64,000 bases of DNA from Candidatus Bathyarchaeota archaeon (GCA_963769425.1 CAVYLP010000006.1:128001-192000), one strand, 5' to 3'. Counted from the stretch's first letter, positions 36,876 through 47,018 are shown. A program made the numbers and translations. Notes: generated by a model from the letters alone, not told the origin.

Positions 36876-38015
36876 TTACACCGGGTAGACCTCGGGCATG
36901 AGCCCAGTCGCCCTAGCATACCAAGCCGGCACCTCATCCACGAACTCCGCTACGTAGCTCTTCGGCAGAAGGTTAATGGTACACCCACCCCAACCCGCCC
37001 CCGTAAGGCGGGCACCCAATACGTACCCAGTCTTAAACGCCCTATCCACGAGGGCATCCAGCTCTGGACAACTCACCTCATAGTCCTCCCTTAGGCTCTT
37101 ATGCGACTCAAACATCAGTGCCCCAACCTTCGCAGGGAAGTTGATCTCCATCGCAGCTGTCGCCGAGAGAACCCTTTCGTTTTCCAGCACCACGTGCCGG
37201 CAACGCTTGTAGACGATCTCCGACATCCCCACAGACGCCTTGACGAGGTCCGTGAGCGACGCATCCCTTAGAGACTGTATCTTTGGGTTCACCCTCTGTA
37301 GGGCGAGGACCCCAGCCCTGCACTGCTGAACCCTCTCGTTGTACGCGGAGGAGTCCAACTTCCTTCTGATTCCTGTGTGAATCGCGACGAGGGCGTAGCC
37401 CTCCGGTATCTTGACGTTCCTGTGCTTGTTCGTCTTGCAGTCGATCAGCAACGCGTAGCCGAGCCTCCCCAGAGAGGCGCAGAATTGGTCCATCACCCCG
37501 CTCTGGAGCCCTATGAAGTCGTTCTCGGCGGACTTCCCCAAGTAGGCCAGCTGGACGGGCGTCACCCTCAGATCGAAAAGCTCAACTAGAGCCCGGGCTG
37601 TCGCAACCTCGAGCGCTGCACTCGAACTTAATCCAGCAGCCTGGGGCACATCCCCCTTGATCACCAAGTCGACACCACCGATGCGCAAACCCTTACGCTG
37701 CATCGCGTCCACGACGCCCATAACGTAATTCGCCCAGCGTTTCTCCTCGTTGAACACCTGCTTACCCAGGGTGAAGGCATGGCTCTCCCCATAATCCTTG
37801 GCGTAGAGCCTGAACTCCCTGTCTCCCCTCTTCCGGCAGGCGACGAAGACTTGTTGACTAATCGGGGTTGGGAGGACGAATCCCTCATTATAATCCGTGT
37901 GCTCACCAATTATGTTGACCCTGCCCGGGGCGCTTGCCACAGTGACCCCCTCCTTCGTGCCGTAAATCTTCTCGAAGATGCCTAGCATCTCACCCTCGTC
38001 TGTCAAAGCATTCAC
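36876..38015 (-). CDS. galK: Galactokinase
   Basis: APGRVNIIGEHTDYN, GLSSSAALE, GVMDQ, GARLTGAGWGG. Confidence 0.95.
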   Translation of the reverse strand: MNALTDEGEMLGIFEKIYGTKEGVTVASAPGRVNIIGEHTDYNEGFVLPTPISQQVFVACRKRGDREFRLYAKDYGESHAFTLGKQVFNEEKRWANYVMGVVDAMQRKGLRIGGVDLVIKGDVPQAAGLSSSAALEVATARALVELFDLRVTPVQLAYLGKSAENDFIGLQSGVMDQFCASLGRLGYALLIDCKTNKHRNVKIPEGYALVAIHTGIRRKLDSSAYNERVQQCRAGVLALQRVNPKIQSLRDASLTDLVKASVGMSEIVYKRCRHVVLENERVLSATAAMEINFPAKVGALMFESHKSLREDYEVSCPELDALVDRAFKTGYVLGARLTGAGWGGCTINLLPKSYVAEFVDEVPAWYARATGLMPEVYPV

Positions 38016-39043
38016 CCAGCGTGGAACCGGAAAACAGTCATCTCATGGTACCTCTCCCCCGGCCTCAGCACGGTTGAAGGGAAGTCCGGCTTGTTCGGGG
38101 AATCTGGGTAGTGCTGCGTCTCGAGGCAGAGGCCGCTGCGCCTCGTGTAGACCCTCTCCTTCCCCTGTAGCTTTCCGTCGAGGAAGTTCCCCGTGTAGAA
38201 CTGGACACCTGGCTGGGTCGTTAGAACAACCATTGCCCTCCCACTCCCAAGCTCCCTCACCATAGCCGCCCTCCTGAGACTACCTGCTTCCCCCTTCACA
38301 ACCCAGTTGCAATCGTAGCCCCCGCCAACGATGAGCTGCTCGTCTCTGGTGTCGATTCTTTCACCGATCCTTTGGGGTGTCCTGAAGTCCATCGGGGTTC
38401 CAGCAACGCTCCTCACCTCACCAGTAGGGATCAAGCCCCTACCAGCGGGGGTGAAGTGGTCGGCGTCCAATGTCAACTCGTGGCTCAATATGTCGCCAGA
38501 GCACGCCAGATTGAAGTAAGTGTGGTTAGTGAGGTTAACCACCGTGGGCGCATCGGTCGTAGCGTGATAATCGATTGTAAGCTCCGACTCCCCAAGAGAG
38601 TAGTCGACATCAGCCTCGAGCTCACCAGGGTACCCCTCCTCACCATCCATGCTCAAATAGCGGAGACTTAACGAGTCGCCGCTCGCTTCGGCTCGCCACA
38701 GCACCTTGTCGAATCCCTTGAAGCCGCCGTGTAAGCTGTTCGCACCATCATTCTTGGAAAGTTGATACTCGTGGCCGTCGAGGGCAAACCTCGCACCGCT
38801 TACCCTGTTCGCGTAGCGGCCAACAACCGCCCCGAAATAGGGGTGGGGACCCAGGTAACCTTCAAGAGACTCGAAGCCATGGACGATGTCGCCCATGACC
38901 CCGTGGGCATCAGGCACCTTGATCGATGTGATGGTGGCGCCGTAGTTCATCACCTGGATCTCAATCCCACTCGCGGAGATCGTGTATCGGTCCACTCCGC
39001 GCCCGTCGGGTAGAACCCCGAAGGAGCCCCTCACTATTCCCAT
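38012..39043 (-). CDS. galM: Aldose 1-epimerase (galactose mutarotase)
   Basis: GRYANR, LHGG, NLTNHTYFN, QFYTGN, CLETQ; ATG at 39043. Confidence 0.95.
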   Translation of the reverse strand: MGIVRGSFGVLPDGRGVDRYTISASGIEIQVMNYGATITSIKVPDAHGVMGDIVHGFESLEGYLGPHPYFGAVVGRYANRVSGARFALDGHEYQLSKNDGANSLHGGFKGFDKVLWRAEASGDSLSLRYLSMDGEEGYPGELEADVDYSLGESELTIDYHATTDAPTVVNLTNHTYFNLACSGDILSHELTLDADHFTPAGRGLIPTGEVRSVAGTPMDFRTPQRIGERIDTRDEQLIVGGGYDCNWVVKGEAGSLRRAAMVRELGSGRAMVVLTTQPGVQFYTGNFLDGKLQGKERVYTRRSGLCLETQHYPDSPNKPDFPSTVLRPGERYHEMTVFRFHAG

Positions 39044-39122
39044 GGGAACCAAAGGACAACCATATTTAAAAGAGGTTAGGGTCAGCACATCGTTCATAAG
39101 TGGTGGCGGCGCAGGTCTCTGC

Positions 39123-39794
39123 GTGCGGCTCAAGGCTGTGGTCTTCGACCTCGACGGGACGCTTGTCGACTCTAAGATCGACTACGAGCGGATGGCGGGC
39201 TTGATCAGGGGTGTCCTATCCGCCGGAGGCGTCCCAGAGGAGCATCTAACTGATAGGCGCAAGATCTACCAGATCATCCGGGGTGGAGACAGGGTCCTAA
39301 CCGAGATGGGGGTCGAAGTTGGTAGGCGACCCCGTATAACCGCTGAGATGGAGAGGATAATGAACCAAGTCGAGTTGGAGGGTGCCCATCTCGCTAAGCC
39401 GATGAGGAACTCGGCTGAGACCCTGCGTATGCTCAAGGGACGCGGACTAGGCATAGGCATAGCGACGAGAGGATGCAGGGAGTACGCCATCGAGAGCATG
39501 AGGCTAACGGGTATCCAGGTCTACGTGGACAAGTGCCTCGCCCGCGATGAGGTGCCCTACCCGAAGCCGGATCCCCGTCACCTCCTCGAAGTCATGACTC
39601 GCATCGGAGCCAGGCCCGAGGAGGTATTCTACGTCGGCGACACTTCAACGGACCTTGAGACTGCCAACGCCGCTAAGGTCAAGTTCATTGGTTACAAGAG
39701 GGATGAGGAGTGGGGGAAGAGGCTCACCGACGCCGGCTGCAAGAGGATGGTCGACGACCTCATCGACCTAGTGGAGATCGCCGATAACTTCTAG
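39123..39794 (+). CDS. HAD-family hydrolase (phosphoglycolate phosphatase-like)
   Basis: FDLDGTL, KPDP, VGD..D. Confidence 0.88.
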   Translation: MRLKAVVFDLDGTLVDSKIDYERMAGLIRGVLSAGGVPEEHLTDRRKIYQIIRGGDRVLTEMGVEVGRRPRITAEMERIMNQVELEGAHLAKPMRNSAETLRMLKGRGLGIGIATRGCREYAIESMRLTGIQVYVDKCLARDEVPYPKPDPRHLLEVMTRIGARPEEVFYVGDTSTDLETANAAKVKFIGYKRDEEWGKRLTDAGCKRMVDDLIDLVEIADNF

Positions 39795-39913
39795 CTGAGC
39801 CGTGAAGCTGACCAGCGCTGCGTCGTCTCTGATGTGGATTATTATCTTTCGAAGTCTTCTAAGTCAAGTTTGACTTAAGGCCAATACAAAGAATTGAAGT
39901 CTCCTAGGCGGGA

Positions 39914-40633
39914 TTAGGGGAGCTTCTTGAGGGCTTCGGGTAGTTCGCCGATGCTCTTAATGACGGCGTCCGAGTGCTCTAGTTGCTCGGCGGGTGCCCC
40001 GTATAGATCTATGAGGACTCCCCGCATACAGGCCCTATGGGCTCCGACGACATCGGCAACATATGTGTCCCCGACCATCAAGGTGTTTTCCGGTTGGGAC
40101 CCCAACTCTTTGAGAGCCCTCTGGAAGAGTATTGGCGCGGGCTTCATGTACCCCACCTCAGCTGAGACTACGAGGCTGCCGAATATTGACTCGTACCCAA
40201 GGTCGTCAAAGACTCGTCTGGCGGTGGGACCATCCATGAAGTTCGTAACGACGCCGAGCCTGTACTTGCCACTTAACTTCTTCAAGAGGGCTGGTGTCTC
40301 AGGGAAGTATCTAGTCTGTTTTGGCCACTCGGCGAGGTAGTCTTTCCAAGCATTTACAGCTAGGTGGTTCCGCCGGGGTTCCTCGATACCGAGTCCCTCC
40401 AGGGTGAGCATGAGGCGCTTGAGGTAGTTCATCTCAGTCCACCCATTAGCTTCGGCTTCCGCTACCTGCTGCCGAGCTATGCCCCGGTATACTTCGATGA
40501 AGCGGTCACAGTCGTAATCAAAGCCTTGAATCTGGAGGCTGCGCTGGAAAATCTCCACCGATGCACCGCCCCTCATGAGCCCGGGCGCCTGCACCAGAGT
40601 GTTCCAGTTGTCGAAAAGGATCGTGTCGATCAA
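39914..40633 (-). CDS. HAD-family hydrolase
   Basis: LFDNWNTL, VVTN, KPAP, VGDTYVADV. Confidence 0.85.
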   Translation of the reverse strand: MIDTILFDNWNTLVQAPGLMRGGASVEIFQRSLQIQGFDYDCDRFIEVYRGIARQQVAEAEANGWTEMNYLKRLMLTLEGLGIEEPRRNHLAVNAWKDYLAEWPKQTRYFPETPALLKKLSGKYRLGVVTNFMDGPTARRVFDDLGYESIFGSLVVSAEVGYMKPAPILFQRALKELGSQPENTLMVGDTYVADVVGAHRACMRGVLIDLYGAPAEQLEHSDAVIKSIGELPEALKKLP

Positions 40634-40689
40634 GGCTTCGCCCTACGTAGTTTGAAAAGGCGAATATGTACCCTTGTATCTGAGCCGAG

Positions 40690-41154
40690 ATGGTTAACGA
40701 GGAGACTACTAGAAACCGTGTGATCCGCATCATCGCAGCGACGAGATTCCCATTCGTCGACCAAGAGGACTGGGGAGATGGCTACGTCACCATCGTCAAC
40801 GACGAGGTGAAGAGGAGGGGCATAGACACAGAGGAGGAGGTCGTCTACCCGAGCATCGTCATCGCGAAGCCAGATGGGCGTATACAGGAGATCGCTGACG
40901 TTGCCCTAGCCAGGGAGGTCGCCCCTTCGTCTGTTGCTAGGTGGAAGCTGCTCTCCGAGAAGGCGGGGGTCGGCGAGAAGGAGAAGAAGTTCTTCCTATA
41001 CGTGCCCCCGAAGAGCGAGGAGAAGGCGCAGAAGCTCCTAGAGAGCAACAGGATATCCTACGCGGGGTTGAGGGTCTACAAGATCAACGACAGGATACTC
41101 TCCGTGACGCCGATAACTACACCGGACGCCGAGTACGACCACCACAGGACATAG
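40690..41154 (+). CDS. Hypothetical protein
   Basis: Host-like codon usage; 10 bp upstream of the iadA-like gene. Confidence 0.7.
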   Translation: MVNEETTRNRVIRIIAATRFPFVDQEDWGDGYVTIVNDEVKRRGIDTEEEVVYPSIVIAKPDGRIQEIADVALAREVAPSSVARWKLLSEKAGVGEKEKKFFLYVPPKSEEKAQKLLESNRISYAGLRVYKINDRILSVTPITTPDAEYDHHRT

Positions 41155-41164
41155 AGGCTCAACT

Positions 41165-42367
41165 ATGTTCAAACTGATTGTCGGCGGGGACGTCTACGCC
41201 CCCGAGAAGCTGGGTAAGGTCAACATCCTGATAGCTGGAGATAAGATCGCAGCCGTGGGGCAGGACCTCAAGGCTCCCGGTGGGTACAAGTGCGAGGTAA
41301 TAGACGCCTCGGGGAAGGTCGTCTACCCCGGCTGGGTAGACCCACATATACACATCACGGGGGCTGACGACAGCCAGGGCCCCTTCGGGCACACATATGA
41401 TGTCTCGTTCCAGGACATCGTGGAGAGCGGCGTGACGACCGCCGTGGGCACGCTCGGCGGCGAATACGCGGTGCGCACCCTCGAGCAGCTCTACTGGAAG
41501 ACCATCGAGCTGGAGATGCTGGGAATCACCACCTACATGTATACTGGCTGCTTCCACATCCCGCCCCCCACGATCACGGGCACGGTCAGGGGGGACGTGG
41601 TGCTCATCGACAAGGTGAGGGGCTGCAAGACGGCAATCTCGGACGCGACGACTAGCCACCACACGTGGCGGGAGATGGCGGAGCTGGTGAGCGAGGTCGA
41701 GCTCGGCGCCGAGACGGTGAAGAAGACGGCGATCACACACGTCCACGTGGGGAGGCGCCCGCAGAGGATGGATATGCTCTTCGAGGTGATAGAGAACACT
41801 GGGCTGCCGGCGAAGCTGATCCAGCCGACGCACGTGAACCGCGCCACTCCAGACGTGATGGCTCAGGGCGTCGAGTGGGCGAAGAGGGGCGGCTACGTCG
41901 ACCTCACGACGCAGATGAGGAAGGAGGAGGGCACACTTACGGGTCTTAAGACGGACCTCGCCGTGAAGAGGATGCTCGCGGAGGGTTGCCCAATCGAGTA
42001 CATCACTATAAGCAGCGACGCCAACTGCCCCATGGCGATAAGGGACGCCAAGGGCAAGCAGGTCCAGGTTTACATCGCCCCCGTCGACTTCACCCGCCGC
42101 GAGGTCAGGGACATCGTATACAACCGCATCCTCCCCTTCGAGGAGGCGTTAAAGATGGTGACAATCAACCCTGCGAAGTGCCTTGGAATCGACGACAGGA
42201 AGGGCAGGATAGCGGAGGGCTACGACGCGGACATCGTCGTCGCCGACAAACCCGATGAGCTGCACGTTAAGAAGGTCTACGCCAGGGGCAAGCAGCTCGT
42301 CGAGGCCGGGAAGACCATCTGGCAGGGCTACTATGTCAAGGATCCCTACTACGACCAGTACCACTGA
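41165..42367 (+). CDS. Isoaspartyl dipeptidase (IadA)-like amidohydrolase
   Basis: DPHIH, GCKTAISD, HVHVG, PTHVNR, SSD, GYDAD. Confidence 0.8.
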   Translation: MFKLIVGGDVYAPEKLGKVNILIAGDKIAAVGQDLKAPGGYKCEVIDASGKVVYPGWVDPHIHITGADDSQGPFGHTYDVSFQDIVESGVTTAVGTLGGEYAVRTLEQLYWKTIELEMLGITTYMYTGCFHIPPPTITGTVRGDVVLIDKVRGCKTAISDATTSHHTWREMAELVSEVELGAETVKKTAITHVHVGRRPQRMDMLFEVIENTGLPAKLIQPTHVNRATPDVMAQGVEWAKRGGYVDLTTQMRKEEGTLTGLKTDLAVKRMLAEGCPIEYITISSDANCPMAIRDAKGKQVQVYIAPVDFTRREVRDIVYNRILPFEEALKMVTINPAKCLGIDDRKGRIAEGYDADIVVADKPDELHVKKVYARGKQLVEAGKTIWQGYYVKDPYYDQYH

Positions 42368-42408
42368 TCGACTCAAGTTTTATTCACGCCCCCGACGATT
42401 GATCCATC

Positions 42409-43185
42409 ATGCCGATGGCCAAAGTCGGGGACATCGATATCAACTATAGGGTCGAGGGCGAGGGTGAGCCACTCGTAATGATCATGGGCTTCGGCTCGGG
42501 CATGGAGGGCTGGACTTTTCAGGCTCCCTTCTTCGCGAAGCGCTTCAAGGTGGTCACCTTCGATAACCGCGGCGTCGGGAAGTCGGACAAACCGAAGGGT
42601 CCCTACACGACGGCGATGATGGCGGAGGACGCCGTCGGCCTAATGGACAATCTCGGCATTGAGAGGGCGCACGTTATGGGCGCCTCCATGGGCGGCATGA
42701 TCGCGCAGGAGCTCGCCATCAACCACCCGGAGAGGGTCAACAAGCTCGTCCTCGCCTGCACTTACGCGAGGCCGCTTCTGAGGGACACTGATGGGGCTAA
42801 GCTGACTGGCACGCCCGCCGAGAGGATGAACGGCATAATCGGCCTCGCATTTAACAAGCCCCTCTACCGGCTCGTCTTCGGCACACTAGCCAAGTTCAGG
42901 TCGATCCCGCTGGATTCGCCGGAGGCGGCGGGGATAGAGGGGCAGAGCGCCGCGGTTGCGACGCACGATACTCTCGACAGGCTCGGGTCGATAACCGCCG
43001 AGACACTCATCATAGTCGGCACCGGAGACAGGCTCATCGACCCCTCCGCCTCGGAGATCATCGCCGGCAGGATACCAAAAGCTAAGCTCGTCAAGATAGA
43101 GGGCGGCTCCCACACGTTCATGGTGGAGAACAGGGGCGAGTACAACCGCGAGGTCCTCAATTTCCTGACAGAAGCGAAGCAATGA
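42409..43185 (+). CDS. Alpha/beta hydrolase
   Basis: DNRGVGKS, GASMGG nucleophile elbow, GGSH. Confidence 0.9.
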   Translation: MPMAKVGDIDINYRVEGEGEPLVMIMGFGSGMEGWTFQAPFFAKRFKVVTFDNRGVGKSDKPKGPYTTAMMAEDAVGLMDNLGIERAHVMGASMGGMIAQELAINHPERVNKLVLACTYARPLLRDTDGAKLTGTPAERMNGIIGLAFNKPLYRLVFGTLAKFRSIPLDSPEAAGIEGQSAAVATHDTLDRLGSITAETLIIVGTGDRLIDPSASEIIAGRIPKAKLVKIEGGSHTFMVENRGEYNREVLNFLTEAKQ

Positions 43186-43253
43186 TAAAGAAACACGATA
43201 GCGTGGTTGTTCTAAACTGTAGATTTAATACGTTATAAAACATAAATGCAGGT

Positions 43254-43775
43254 ATGTCTTCGTCGGCTCCAACCTTATTCAAGTTCACCGCATTAGTTCT
43301 TATATTGATCTCGGTATCAGCAGTTTTCGCGGGGAACCAATATCCGAACTTTTCAAATGACGGCACTCAAATTATTTTTCGTTACGGTGTTGGAGCTAAG
43401 AACGTTCTGGACACCTACGCAGGTACATTCACCAAAGATCTGATTGGTGATCCAGCGGTAACAATCAAGATGATGTTAACGGAGGAGGATCTTCTAAAGA
43501 TCGAGGCTAAGCTCGAAGAGGTTGACTTCCTGAGTCAATCCGATTGGGATCTTATACCTCACGGATCCGTGTTAGGTTTGCGCACGCCATTCTCCACTTA
43601 CTATCTGAAGGTGAGCTTCAATGGGGTCACTAGAGAGATCCGTTGGAATGATTCGAATCTCTTATCTGACGACTTCAAGGGTCCTGCGGCTGAGGTTGCC
43701 AAGCTACTGTGGTCGATCATCGAGGCTAAGCCGGAGTACAAGAGCCTCCCTCAGCCCCGAGATGCCTACGCGTAA
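43254..43775 (+). CDS. Secreted or membrane-anchored hypothetical protein
   Basis: N-terminal hydrophobic signal segment; more AT-rich than its neighbours. Confidence 0.7.
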   Translation: MSSSAPTLFKFTALVLILISVSAVFAGNQYPNFSNDGTQIIFRYGVGAKNVLDTYAGTFTKDLIGDPAVTIKMMLTEEDLLKIEAKLEEVDFLSQSDWDLIPHGSVLGLRTPFSTYYLKVSFNGVTREIRWNDSNLLSDDFKGPAAEVAKLLWSIIEAKPEYKSLPQPRDAYA

Positions 43776-43844
43776 AAGCACCTATGTTTTGAACGTGTTA
43801 GTGTGGGGGGCAACTGTTTTACCCGGTTCGGCTACCCCTTACCC

Positions 43845-44921
43845 ATGTCTCAGGCAAACAGCGAGGAGAACATAAAGCAGCTAACCGACATGTACACCCG
43901 CCTCCACCCGCAGGTGCACTCAGAGTTCGAGGAGGAGATGCCGAAGCTCTGGGGGAGCAAGTGGAAGGCCAACACGACGATCGGCAAGCTGAGGACCGTT
44001 CTCGTCCACCGACCGGGGAAGGAGTTCCTTAGCATCGGGAAGAAGACGCCGTGGCCGCCCTACGAGTCGAGCCTCGCCGCGTGGCGCATGACCTTCAAGC
44101 CAGACCTTAAGGAGATGGTCGAGCACCACGAGAACCTCGTCAAGACGTATCACGACGAGGGCATCAGGGTCATCGTGAGGAAGCCCGACCCATACGACCC
44201 GCCGTATCAAGTCAAAGCCATATTCACAGACGACGTCTGCCACCCCGCCGTCTACGGCCAGGTCATACTCCGCATGTACGACTGGATCAGGAAGGGGGAG
44301 GAGGTGCCCACATACCAGACCCTCGCCGAGGCGGGTTGCCCAGTCGTCGGCATGATCATGGGAGATGGCATGGCAGAGGGAGGCAGCATCGGCTGGCTCG
44401 ACGAGAAGCACCTCCTCATGGAGGTCCACTTCGCCCGCGGCAACACACAGGACGAGACGGTCTCCAAGGCGAACGACTGGGGGCACGAGCAGCTCGCACA
44501 GATCATAAAGACTCAGGACCCCGAGGTCGACATAAAGACCGAGCCCGGCTACGGCTCCAGCAAGGGCACCATCGACTACGCGATGATCGACCGCCACACA
44601 AGCATAGGCGACCCCAAGTGGTTCGAGCCCCACCTCGTAGAGTGGATGAGGAGGACGATGAACTGGAAGTTCATCACGCCGCCGGAGGAGCTCGTCTACA
44701 CGGACACCCACGGCGCAAAGATCGGGCCAAACACCGGCGTCGTCCTCGAACCCATGAAGGTCATGGTCCCCATCGGCAACCCGAAGAACACGAAGTGGCT
44801 CGAGTCGATAGGCGTCGAGGTCGTCGAGGTCGAGTGTTCGAGCCTCGTCCGCCCGAGGAACAGCGGGAGCATCCACTGCACCTGCGGCAGCCTCGAGAGG
44901 GACCACGAGCCCTCCGATTAA
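43845..44921 (+). CDS. Amidinotransferase / arginine deiminase (pentein) family protein, divergent
   Basis: GKLRTVLVHRPG, FTDD, RKGEE, EGG, GSIHC. Confidence 0.8.
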   Translation: MSQANSEENIKQLTDMYTRLHPQVHSEFEEEMPKLWGSKWKANTTIGKLRTVLVHRPGKEFLSIGKKTPWPPYESSLAAWRMTFKPDLKEMVEHHENLVKTYHDEGIRVIVRKPDPYDPPYQVKAIFTDDVCHPAVYGQVILRMYDWIRKGEEVPTYQTLAEAGCPVVGMIMGDGMAEGGSIGWLDEKHLLMEVHFARGNTQDETVSKANDWGHEQLAQIIKTQDPEVDIKTEPGYGSSKGTIDYAMIDRHTSIGDPKWFEPHLVEWMRRTMNWKFITPPEELVYTDTHGAKIGPNTGVVLEPMKVMVPIGNPKNTKWLESIGVEVVEVECSSLVRPRNSGSIHCTCGSLERDHEPSD

Positions 44922-44937
44922 AAGTCTAGAGGTTGGC

Positions 44938-45633
44938 TTAGCGGGCCTTCGTCTGGACGCGCGGCTCTATCAGCGTCCATATCCAGCTGGCGAACTCCAT
45001 CAGGTTCTTCGTCTGTATGTAGACCTCTCCCGGCCCCGTGATCCGGGTGACGAGGCCCTCGCCGCTGAAGATGGTCTCCTTCCATCTCCCGATCTTCTCG
45101 ACGTGGTAGCTGCAGGAGTCGGAGAACCCGACGAGGTGGAAGTTGTCGACGACCATCTGCTGCCCGGGGGCGAGCTCGTGCCTGTCGATGGCGCCGAAGG
45201 TGTTTATGAAGAGGTCTCCCTGGCCTGTGGTCTTGATCATGAAGAGTCCCTGCCCGAAGAGGCCCTTCGTGAAGCCCTCCCAGCGGACGTCGAGGTCAAC
45301 GGATTGGCTGGAGGCGAGGTAGCTCGCCTTCTGGATTATGAAGCCCTTCCCGGGTTGAACGTCTAGCTTGGCGATGTCCCCGACAGGTGCGGCGACGAGA
45401 CCGATTTCGCCCGCTCCCCCCGTGGCGACGTAGTCGTTGACGAAGAAGCTCTGGCCGCCTATAATGGCCGTGGCGAGCGTCCCGAGGATGCTCTTCTCCC
45501 TCTTCCGCGTCTGGACCTCCATCGTCGGCGTCATGTACGTCATGGCTCCGGCCTCGCCGGTGATCTGCTCACCCTTCTCGAGGTTGACGACTAGCATCGA
45601 GTAGCTCGGACTGTACTTGATCTCGTACTTCAT
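44938..45633 (-). CDS. AIM24 / TIGR00266 family protein
   Basis: GEAGAM, GGQSFF, VDNFHLV, SGEGLV..GPG. Confidence 0.88.
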   Translation of the reverse strand: MKYEIKYSPSYSMLVVNLEKGEQITGEAGAMTYMTPTMEVQTRKREKSILGTLATAIIGGQSFFVNDYVATGGAGEIGLVAAPVGDIAKLDVQPGKGFIIQKASYLASSQSVDLDVRWEGFTKGLFGQGLFMIKTTGQGDLFINTFGAIDRHELAPGQQMVVDNFHLVGFSDSCSYHVEKIGRWKETIFSGEGLVTRITGPGEVYIQTKNLMEFASWIWTLIEPRVQTKAR

Positions 45634-45703
45634 GGCCCCTCGCAACGACTATGATTGAACCATCTTTTAAGGTTCTCAGACGTAGAAATCAGAGTCTATA
45701 TAG

Positions 45704-45838
45704 TCAGAGGTCGTCGTCCCTGTTCCGCCTCAGGCTGAGGATTAGGCCCCTGAAGAGGAGCCAGGTAAAATAGGCCCCGGGTAACATGCTAACTATAGCC
45801 GCGATTAATACCAGCGAGTTTGAACCCTGCTCCGCCAA
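45704..45838 (-). CDS. Unlisted 44-aa single-TM membrane microprotein
   Basis: TTG..TGA encodes MAEQGSNSLVLIAAIVSMLPGAYFTWLLFRGLILSLRRNRDDDL; TTTTATA box ~30 nt upstream. Confidence 0.55.
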   Translation of the reverse strand: MAEQGSNSLVLIAAIVSMLPGAYFTWLLFRGLILSLRRNRDDDL

Positions 45839-45893
45839 CGCAATCTCTTGGAGCCGCGTGGCGGCTGCTATAAAAGATTATGATTCGACGAGC

Positions 45894-46976
45894 CTAGGAG
45901 AGGATATATTTCTCGTACTCGCTGAGGCAGGGTGGGCCGCGGGTTATGTGGAGGCTCCGCTCATCGAGGTCCATAATCACCGAGGCAATAGTCTCGCCCT
46001 GCATGTCTGGCACAACATTTGGATCGGGGTGTGTGCAGACGCTGTAGGGTTTGCCGAAGTGGTCCCTGAGTATCTCCTTGATCCCGTCGACGCTTATTCG
46101 GCTGTCCCACCTCCTCAGTGTAGCATTCGTCCTGCTCAGCCTGTAAACTGTGTTGGGTATCTGTGAGACAAAGGTGTCCCGGACGGACAGGCTCCTTGGC
46201 CCGATGAAGTGGTTCGTATGGGCTATGTATCCGTTCTCGGGGACCATGATGGAGGTGTCGAGGGGGCTCATCTCAAGGTCGACGGCGACCCCACCCGCCT
46301 GCGCGAGGATGAGGTTAGATGAGACGCTCCTCTTCGCGTTGAGGACGCTGAACATCGCCTCGTTGAGGCCTTTACTGTTCAGAGCCTTCCTACATTGCAC
46401 GAGGAGCGGCGGGTATGGGGTGAAAGAGTCCTTGTCACTCACTAGCGCGTTAACGACTATCCCGAGGCCATGGGAGTTGACTCCCTTGTGCCCGACGGTG
46501 CCAGCCTCGGCGTGCAGGAGGATCGAGGGCTTCCCCTCCTGCTTGACCTCAAGGGTAACGCACCCGTCCTTGATTCCGGGGCGGTAATCCCAGTTCTGGG
46601 CGAGGAGCGTGTGCCCGACAGTGGTCGCGTCGGGTAGAGCGGCGAGAGCCGTACACTCACCGGGGGCAAGCTTCACCTGACTGAAGAGCAACTCGTACCG
46701 GGTGTTGAGGGCGAGGATCTCCTCGAGCTTCGAGCCGGAGCCCTCCGCTATCCCTTCGATCTCCTCATAGATACCGGCGTCGTACTTCCTGATCGGCTCA
46801 GCGGTGGAGGATGCTTTCTTTAGGGCCTCCTTCTCCGTCATGCCGCATATCCGGCCCCAAAGGCCGATGTAGTAGTCCACGTTGTAGCGGATCTGCTTCT
46901 TCGCTGCTTTACCGTACTTCACGCCGCATTCATGGGCGGAGCCGGAGACCTTGATGAAGGGAAATGGGTCGGGCAA
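45894..46976 (-). CDS. Peptidase C45 (acyl-CoA:6-APA acyltransferase-like Ntn hydrolase)
   Basis: LNTRYE, GE|CT autocleavage site, AQNWD, AHTNH. Confidence 0.88.
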   Translation of the reverse strand: MPDPFPFIKVSGSAHECGVKYGKAAKKQIRYNVDYYIGLWGRICGMTEKEALKKASSTAEPIRKYDAGIYEEIEGIAEGSGSKLEEILALNTRYELLFSQVKLAPGECTALAALPDATTVGHTLLAQNWDYRPGIKDGCVTLEVKQEGKPSILLHAEAGTVGHKGVNSHGLGIVVNALVSDKDSFTPYPPLLVQCRKALNSKGLNEAMFSVLNAKRSVSSNLILAQAGGVAVDLEMSPLDTSIMVPENGYIAHTNHFIGPRSLSVRDTFVSQIPNTVYRLSRTNATLRRWDSRISVDGIKEILRDHFGKPYSVCTHPDPNVVPDMQGETIASVIMDLDERSLHITRGPPCLSEYEKYILS

Positions 46977-47018
46977 AGCTTCACCGAAGGGATTTCCGTT
47001 GAATGAGAATAAAGCATT

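Noticed and set aside
45740-45775. SRP RNA helix-8-like motif (AGGCCCCTGAAGAGGAGC)
   Set aside because: Spacing and tetraloop do not fit, the gap is too short for an archaeal 7S RNA, and the 44-aa minus-strand ORF explains the region better
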